From Candidatus Deferrimicrobiaceae bacterium (GTDB lineage Bacteria > Desulfobacterota > Deferrimicrobia > Deferrimicrobiales > Deferrimicrobiaceae): a stretch of 64,000 bases of DNA. The position numbers and the translations under genes are program-made. The DNA lies in NCBI GenBank assembly GCA_963792415.1, contig CAWBVY010000006.1, positions 718,113 through 782,112 on the forward strand, read 5' to 3'. Positions 58,467-64,000 of this stretch are shown in pieces (position 1 is the first letter of the stretch; each line of letters begins with the position of its first letter). Under the pieces are notes generated by a model. That model did no database searches and was not told where the DNA came from. It was given only the letters and a program-made list of their open reading frames with translations.

Positions 58467-59571
58467 CCGCCCCCTTCAGGGATATGTTCATCAGCACGCC
58501 GACCGCCGCCAGATGCACAATCAGGGAACTCCCCCCGTAGCTAAGGAACGGAAGCACCATCCCCTTCGGGGGGAGCATCGAAAGCCCCACCATCATGTTC
58601 ATCAGCGCCTGGATTCCGATCACGGAGGAAACCCCCATGGCGAGGTACATGCCGAACGGGTCCCGCGCCCGGCGAGCGATCCGGTACCCCACCCACACCA
58701 TGATGACGAAGCACGCGCCGACCAGCACCACGCCCGCGAACCCGAGTTCCTCCCCGATCACCGAGAAGATGTAGTCGGTGTGTATCTCCGGCAGGTAGAA
58801 GAGCTTCTGCTTCCCCCCGCCGACGCCCGTCCCGAGGAGACCCCCGTTGGAAAAGGCAATCAGGGACTGCACGACCTGGTACCCTGCCGTCTGTGCCTGC
58901 GAGATCGGGTCGAGGAACGCCTGGATCCGCGCTACCCTGTACGGCTTGGCCAGGATGAGGAGAGCGGCGCCCCCGACGCCCACGGCGCCGAAGGCGGCCA
59001 GGAGTTTCCAGGGGAACCCGGCGATGAACACGATCACGAGGAAGGACGCGATGATCACGACGGCCATCCCGAAGTCCGGCTCCTTCAGGATCATCGCGAC
59101 GAACATCCCCATCACCGCAAACATGGGGAGGAACGCGCGGTACCCCTGCTTCGGTTTCTCCCCGTTCCTGTCGATGGCCCAGGCGGCGAAGGCGAGCAGG
59201 GCGAACTTCGCGAACTCGGAGGGCTGGAAGGTGAAGAGGCGCAGGTTGATCCACCGGGAAGCGCCGTTCGCCCTGTGCCTGACCCCGGGAACGTACACCA
59301 GCAGCAGAAGCAGGAAGGCCGCCCCGACGATCCACACGATCCGCCGGCGGTAGAAGTCGTGGTCGAGGCGGGACAGGCCCATGGCGAACGCGATCCCGAT
59401 CGCCAGGAACAGGATCTGGCGCTTGAAGAAGTACGCCGGGTCGAACCCGTACCGGGCCGACGAACCCGCCATGACGTTCGTCGCGCTGTAGATCATGGTC
59501 ATGCCGAGAACCGTGAGCGACAGGGCGCACAGAGTGAGGATCAGGTTCTCGTGGCGTTTCCCGAGGATCAT
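58390..59571 (-). CDS. ftsW: Peptidoglycan glycosyltransferase FtsW (SEDS family)
   Basis: Start MILGKRHENL (ATGA overlap with murD stop); 10 TM SEDS protein. Confidence 0.85.
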   Translation of the reverse strand: MILGKRHENLILTLCALSLTVLGMTMIYSATNVMAGSSARYGFDPAYFFKRQILFLAIGIAFAMGLSRLDHDFYRRRIVWIVGAAFLLLLLVYVPGVRHRANGASRWINLRLFTFQPSEFAKFALLAFAAWAIDRNGEKPKQGYRAFLPMFAVMGMFVAMILKEPDFGMAVVIIASFLVIVFIAGFPWKLLAAFGAVGVGGAALLILAKPYRVARIQAFLDPISQAQTAGYQVVQSLIAFSNGGLLGTGVGGGKQKLFYLPEIHTDYIFSVIGEELGFAGVVLVGACFVIMVWVGYRIARRARDPFGMYLAMGVSSVIGIQALMNMMVGLSMLPPKGMVLPFLSYGGSSLIVHLAAVGVLMNISLKGADGLATADDRSRGRDRWARLSGDRPR

Positions 59572-60914
59572 CCGGGCAACCCCTCCACGGCCTTGCGGAA
59601 CGCCTCTCCGCGCTCCTCGAAGTTCCGGAACATGTCGAAGCTCGAGCACGCCGGCGAGAAGACGACCACGTCCCCCGTCCGGGCGGCTTCGGCCGCGGCC
59701 CGCACTGCCTGGGCGAGCGTGCCGGACACGGTGACCGGCGCCGCCCCCGCCAGCTCCCTCGCCATCCTCTCCCTGGCCTCACCGAGAAGCACGACGGCCC
59801 GGGCTTTTCTCCCGAGGGCGGACCGAAGGGGCCGGAAATCCACTCCCTTGTCCTTGCCTCCCGCGATCAGCACCACCGGTTCGGGGAATCCGTCGAGGGC
59901 GGCGAGGACGGCGCCGACGTTCGTCCCCTTGGAATCGTTGTAATACGAAACTCCCGCGACCGATCGGACAAACTCCACCCGGTGCGGCAGTCCCGGGAAC
60001 CGCGCGAGCTCCGCCAGCACGGCCGGCGGGGGGATCCCCATTGAGCGGGCGACGGCGATCGCCGCGAGGGCGTTCTCCACGTTCTGCAGACCGGGAATCT
60101 TAAGGACCGCCCGGGGATAGCGCTCCTCTCCCGAGGCCGTCCGGAGCACCATCTCTCCGCCGGACAGGAAGGCGCCCTCCCCCAAGGCCCGCGACACGGA
60201 GAACGGGAGGAGCCGCGCCCGGATCGGGCCCAGGCGCGCGGTCACCTCGGGGTCGTCGGCATTGACGACCGCGGTGTCGGAGGGACCCTGGTTCCGGAAG
60301 ACAGCCATCTTGACATCGAAATACGCCTCCTTCGCCGGATACCGGTCACGATGGTCCTCGGTAAGGTTCAGGAGCGCCGCCACCCGGGGCCGGAAACTCG
60401 CGATCGACTCAAGCTGAAAGCTGGAGACTTCCACCACGCCCCAGTCGCAGGGTGCCCCCGCGGCGGCGACGAACGGCGTCCCGAGATTCCCCCCGACGAA
60501 CACGTTCGGGAAGGCCCCGGAAGCCATCCCCCCGACGAGGGTGGTCACCGTCGACTTCCCGTTGGTACCCGTGATCGCCGCCACCTTTCCCCGAAACCTC
60601 CGGAACCCGAGCTCGAGCTCCCCCCATACCGGGACACCCGCCGCGGCGAGGGCCGAAAGGGGGAGCCTCTCCCGGGGGACGCCGGGCGACACGACGAGCA
60701 AGGCGCTCCCCCGAACCTCCCCTTCCCCGGGCATCCCGCGCAGGAAGGCGATCCCGGGGGGGATCGGCTCGCGCAGCGACGCCTCGACGTCCGCGCGCGG
60801 GCGGTCGTCCCGCAACGTGACCCGGGCTCCCTCCCCGGCCAGCAGGCGCGCCGCGAGGAGCCCTGACCGCCCGGCCCCCGCCACGATCACGGGTTTCTCC
60901 GCGAAGGTTTCCAT
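59568..60914 (-). CDS. murD: UDP-N-acetylmuramoylalanine--D-glutamate ligase
   Basis: Start METFAEKPVIVAGAGRSG; Mur ligase GTNGKST. Confidence 0.9.
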   Translation of the reverse strand: METFAEKPVIVAGAGRSGLLAARLLAGEGARVTLRDDRPRADVEASLREPIPPGIAFLRGMPGEGEVRGSALLVVSPGVPRERLPLSALAAAGVPVWGELELGFRRFRGKVAAITGTNGKSTVTTLVGGMASGAFPNVFVGGNLGTPFVAAAGAPCDWGVVEVSSFQLESIASFRPRVAALLNLTEDHRDRYPAKEAYFDVKMAVFRNQGPSDTAVVNADDPEVTARLGPIRARLLPFSVSRALGEGAFLSGGEMVLRTASGEERYPRAVLKIPGLQNVENALAAIAVARSMGIPPPAVLAELARFPGLPHRVEFVRSVAGVSYYNDSKGTNVGAVLAALDGFPEPVVLIAGGKDKGVDFRPLRSALGRKARAVVLLGEARERMARELAGAAPVTVSGTLAQAVRAAAEAARTGDVVVFSPACSSFDMFRNFEERGEAFRKAVEGLPG

Positions 60915-60916
60915 GA

Positions 60917-61993
60917 TCACCGGATCTTCAGCGTGCTGATCGCCAGCAGCGCGAGGATGATCGAGATGATCCAGAACCGGACAATGATCTTCGGCTCGGC
61001 CCACCCCTGCAGCTCGAAGTGGTGGTGGATCGGCGCCATCCGGAAGATCCGCTTCCTCCGGGTCTTGTAGGAGGTCACCTGGAAGATCACCGAGAGGGCC
61101 TCCACCACGAAGACCCCCCCCACCAGCACGAGGACGAGTTCCTGCTTCACCATCACCGCCACTGTCCCCATCGCGCCCCCCAGGGCAAGGGAGCCCGTGT
61201 CCCCCATGAACAGCTGTGCGGGGTAGGCGTTGAACCAGAGGAACCCGAGCCCCGCCCCCGCGAGGGCGCCGCAGAAGATCGTCAGCTCACCGACGCCCGG
61301 GACGTACTGGATCTGGAGGTAGTTCGCGATCTTGACGTTGCCGGTGAGGTAAGCGAAGAGCATGTACGTCCCGGCGGCGATGATGGAGGGGCCGATCGCC
61401 AGACCGTCCAGCCCGTCGGTCAGGTTCACCGCGTTGGAGGCCCCCACGATCACGAGGACGGTGAACGGGATGTAGAAAATCCCGAGGGAGGGGCGGACGT
61501 TCTTGAGGAAGGGGATGATCACCGTGTCCTTGATGCCGACATCCATGTAGATGAGCCCTGCGGCGGCGGCGGCAAGGACGACCTGGGCGATCAGTTTCCT
61601 GCGCGGGCTCAGCCCCTTCGTGTCCTTCCGGATGACCTTCCTGTAGTCGTCGACGAAACCGATCGTGCCGAATCCGAGCGTCACGAACACGGCGATCCAG
61701 ATGTAATGGCTCCCGAGGTTCGCCCACAACAGCGTAGGGATGACCGTCGCAAGGACGATGAGCAACCCCCCCATCGTCGGAGTCCCTTCCTTGGTGAGAT
61801 GGCTCTCCGGGCCGTCCTGCCGGATGGTCTGCCCGATCTGGTGACTCCGGAGAACACGGATCATCCAGGGGCCGAGGAGAAAGGAGATCAGAAGCGCGGT
61901 GATCGCGGCGTAGATCGTCCGGAACGTGATGTATCGGAACACGTTGAAGAACGAATAGCTCTCGTGGAGCGGGAATAGGAGGTGATAAAGCAT
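60917..61993 (-). CDS. mraY: Phospho-N-acetylmuramoyl-pentapeptide transferase
   Basis: 358 aa, 10 TM, MraY motifs including the HHH segment [12 protein letters not shown]. Confidence 0.95.
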   Translation of the reverse strand: MLYHLLFPLHESYSFFNVFRYITFRTIYAAITALLISFLLGPWMIRVLRSHQIGQTIRQDGPESHLTKEGTPTMGGLLIVLATVIPTLLWANLGSHYIWIAVFVTLGFGTIGFVDDYRKVIRKDTKGLSPRRKLIAQVVLAAAAAGLIYMDVGIKDTVIIPFLKNVRPSLGIFYIPFTVLVIVGASNAVNLTDGLDGLAIGPSIIAAGTYMLFAYLTGNVKIANYLQIQYVPGVGELTIFCGALAGAGLGFLWFNAYPAQLFMGDTGSLALGGAMGTVAVMVKQELVLVLVGGVFVVEALSVIFQVTSYKTRRKRIFRMAPIHHHFELQGWAEPKIIVRFWIISIILALLAISTLKIR

Positions 61994-61997
61994 TCTC

Positions 61998-63395
61998 TTA
62001 CGCCATGACCTCCATGAGATCCGCCGCCACCTCGTCGAGGCGCATCCCCCGCGATCCCTTCACCAGGACGACGTCCCCTTCCCGGACGAATCCGCGGACC
62101 GCCTCCCGGAGCCTCGCGCGGTCGGTCGTGTGATCGATCGCGGCGTCCCTCATCCCCCCCTCCTTCGCCCCGCGCGCGGCATGGGCCGCGTCGGCGCCGA
62201 ACGCGAAGAGCCGGTCCACGGAGAGAGCGGCGATCAGGTGTCCGAGGCGGAAATGCGACGCGGGAGAGTTCTCTCCGAGTTCCAGCATGTCGCCGAACAC
62301 GACGACGGTGCGCCGACCCCGGGCCAGCGACGCGAGGGAGCGCAACGCGGCCTCGGTGGATGCGGGATTGGCGTTGTAGCTGTCGTCCAGCAGGAGCCCG
62401 CCTCCCCGAAGCGGCACGGCGTGAAACCGGCCAGGCACGGAGACGAAGCCAGCGAACCCCTCTTCCATCTCTTCGGGGCGCATCCCGAGGGTGAAGGCAG
62501 CGGCCGTCGCCGCGAGGGCGTTCATCAGGTGGTGCTCCCCGGCGACCCCGACGAAGGAAGAGAACTCGCCCGCCGGCGTTTGAACGACGATCCGCATCCC
62601 CGCGTCGGACATCGAGACGATCCGTCCGGAGAAGTCGTTCAGCGCGACGCCGTAGTGGACCTTTTCCGCGCGGCAACGTCCCGCCTCGCGGACGACGCGG
62701 AGGTCGGTCGCGTTGACCACGGCGGTGCCGCTGCCGCCAAGGGCCCGGAAGAGGTCCCCCTTCTCGCGCGCGATTCCTTCCATGGTGCCGAACCCTTCGA
62801 GGTGCGCGGGGGCGATGTTGGTGATCACCGCGATGTCGGGGCAGGCGATGTCGGCCAGCCGGGCGATCTCCCCCGGGGCGTTGGATCCCATCTCGAGGAT
62901 CGCCGCGTCATGCTCCCCGGACAGTTCGAGCAGCGCCAGGGGCATCCCGATCAGGTTGTTCCGGTTTCCGGGATTTCGCAGCACGCGGCGGGACCGCGAG
63001 AGGAGACAGGACAGCATCTCCTTCGTGGTCGTCTTCCCGGAACTCCCGGTGATTCCCACCAGGGGGATGTCCCGGTGCCGATGCCGGTGGGCCCGCGCCA
63101 TGTCGCCGAGGGCTTCCACCGGGTCCCGGACGACGAAGACCGGCTTCGTCCCGGCCAGTCCGCCCGGCACCTTCCGCGCGCCCGCCTCCGAGACGATCGC
63201 GGCGAGCGCGCCTTTACCGAACGCCTCGGCGACGAAGTCCGCGCCGTCGGCACGCTCCCCCGGGAGGGCGATGAAGACGGAACCCGGCCCTATGTTCCGG
63301 CTGTCGGCGGTGACCGCCCCGATCGGTTCCGACGGGGAGATCCCCCCCGCCTCCCGCAACGGGTGGATCGCCCCGATCACTTCGGGGAGCGTCAT
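61998..63395 (-). CDS. murF: UDP-N-acetylmuramoyl-tripeptide--D-alanyl-D-alanine ligase
   Basis: Internal start [13 protein letters not shown] of a 534 aa track ORF; Mur ligase [11 protein letters not shown]. Confidence 0.9.
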   Translation of the reverse strand: MTLPEVIGAIHPLREAGGISPSEPIGAVTADSRNIGPGSVFIALPGERADGADFVAEAFGKGALAAIVSEAGARKVPGGLAGTKPVFVVRDPVEALGDMARAHRHRHRDIPLVGITGSSGKTTTKEMLSCLLSRSRRVLRNPGNRNNLIGMPLALLELSGEHDAAILEMGSNAPGEIARLADIACPDIAVITNIAPAHLEGFGTMEGIAREKGDLFRALGGSGTAVVNATDLRVVREAGRCRAEKVHYGVALNDFSGRIVSMSDAGMRIVVQTPAGEFSSFVGVAGEHHLMNALAATAAAFTLGMRPEEMEEGFAGFVSVPGRFHAVPLRGGGLLLDDSYNANPASTEAALRSLASLARGRRTVVVFGDMLELGENSPASHFRLGHLIAALSVDRLFAFGADAAHAARGAKEGGMRDAAIDHTTDRARLREAVRGFVREGDVVLVKGSRGMRLDEVAADLMEVMA

Positions 63396-63396
63396 C

Positions 63397-64000
63397 CTAC
63401 TTCCCCGCTGCAAGCACGTCCCGGACCGCTTGCCGGTCGTCGAACGGCAGGCGCCGGTCTCCGATGATCTGGACATCCTCGTGTCCTTTCCCGACGATCG
63501 CCACAGTGTCCCCCGGCTCCGCGAGAGAGAGGGCGAGAGCGATCGCCGCTTTCCTGTCGGCCTCCACACGGAAGAATCCCTCCCGCCAGGCGGCCGGTCC
63601 ATGCGCCTCCATGAGCCCCTCCGACATCAACCCGGGGACGATCTCCGCGAGGATCGCCGCGGGGTCCTCGTCCCGCGGGTTGTCGGAGGTCACCACGACG
63701 ATGTCGGACCGCAACGCCGCCACCCGGCCCATCGCGGGGCGCTTCCCGCGGTCGCGGTTTCCCCCGCAGCCGAACACGGTGATGAGCCGTCCCTCCGTCA
63801 ACCCCCGCAGGGTCGAAAGAATCCGGTCCATTCCGTCCGGGCTGTGGGCGTAGTCCACGAATACATGGAACCCCCTCGTGTTCGCCACCGGCTCCAGTCG
63901 ACCCGGGATCGTCCCGGCGGCGGCGATACCGGCGGCAATCGTCGCGGGAGAAACGGAGAGGAGGAGACCTCCCGCGACGGCCGCCATCACGTTCGACACG
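63397..64000 (-). CDS. murE: UDP-N-acetylmuramoyl-L-alanyl-D-glutamate--2,6-diaminopimelate ligase, C-terminal part (gene runs off window end)
   Basis: C-terminal Mur ligase domain with DYAHSPDGM and DNPR (meso-DAP specificity) motifs. Confidence 0.85.
   Translation of the reverse strand, partial: VSNVMAAVAGGLLLSVSPATIAAGIAAAGTIPGRLEPVANTRGFHVFVDYAHSPDGMDRILSTLRGLTEGRLITVFGCGGNRDRGKRPAMGRVAALRSDIVVVTSDNPRDEDPAAILAEIVPGLMSEGLMEAHGPAAWREGFFRVEADRKAAIALALSLAEPGDTVAIVGKGHEDVQIIGDRRLPFDDRQAVRDVLAAGK

Overview
Scope: this is a 64 kb, roughly 70 % GC, gene-dense chromosomal window from a diderm (Gram-negative-type) bacterium.

Genes: nearly all of it is conserved housekeeping. I call about 60 CDS, one tRNA and one riboswitch.
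- 1-5.3 kb, minus strand: lolA (5' end only), ftsK, RNase J, plsC, radC.
- 5.4-11 kb: MoxR AAA+ ATPase, DUF58 protein, transglutaminase-like protein, then yifB/comM.
- 11-12 kb: an FAD/NAD(P) oxidoreductase.
- 12.1-17.3 kb, plus strand: the conserved block rplU, rpmA, obg, proB, proA, nadD, rsfS, behind a near-consensus sigma70 promoter. It is followed by a LapB/YciM-like TPR protein, comF, a C-N hydrolase and rfaE domain II.
- 20.7-23.8 kb, minus strand: a class V aminotransferase (cysteine-desulfurase-like) and an MltD-like LysM lytic transglycosylase.
- 24-25.3 kb: a DUF3343 protein and a small membrane protein on opposite strands, the latter coupled to a DciA/DUF721 protein.
- 25.3-36 kb, a long minus-strand run: trmN6-like methyltransferase, DUF1015, tsaC, purE, purD, purH, mlaD-like, mlaF, mlaE, alr.
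- 36.1-37.6 kb: sigma70 promoter, TPP riboswitch with terminator, then thiC.
- 37.6-39.3 kb: cvpA, tRNA-Leu(CAA), and a low-GC (about 50 %) islet carrying a small OMP beta-barrel gene with its own terminator.
- 39.3-50.6 kb: qor, a VKOR-thioredoxin fusion, DinB_2, an OFA-type MFS transporter, fkpA, ilvE, yggU, yggT, proC, yggS, maf, yjbQ and a B12-binding radical SAM protein.
- 50.8-64 kb, minus strand: the canonical dcw cluster ftsZ, ftsA, ftsQ, ddl, murB, murC, murG, ftsW, murD, mraY, murF, murE (truncated at the window end).

Hunt: I found no CRISPR array, transposase or complete mobile element, and no obviously novel protein system. What stands out:
- Two homologous structured intergenic repeats of about 145-165 bp with long terminal inverted repeats that differ in sequence between copies but pair in both. 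Each sits directly behind a stop codon (purH, ftsZ).
- A putative integration remnant at the tRNA-Leu 3' end.
- Two conserved genes (rsfS, class V aminotransferase) with no ATG, GTG or TTG start in frame.
- An 18 bp perfect palindrome in an unusual 318 bp gap upstream of the VKOR fusion gene.
- A tsaC-DUF1015-trmN6 operon that suggests a role for DUF1015 in modification of tRNA position 37.

The many long antisense or arginine-rich ORFs in the six-frame track are GC-content artefacts.
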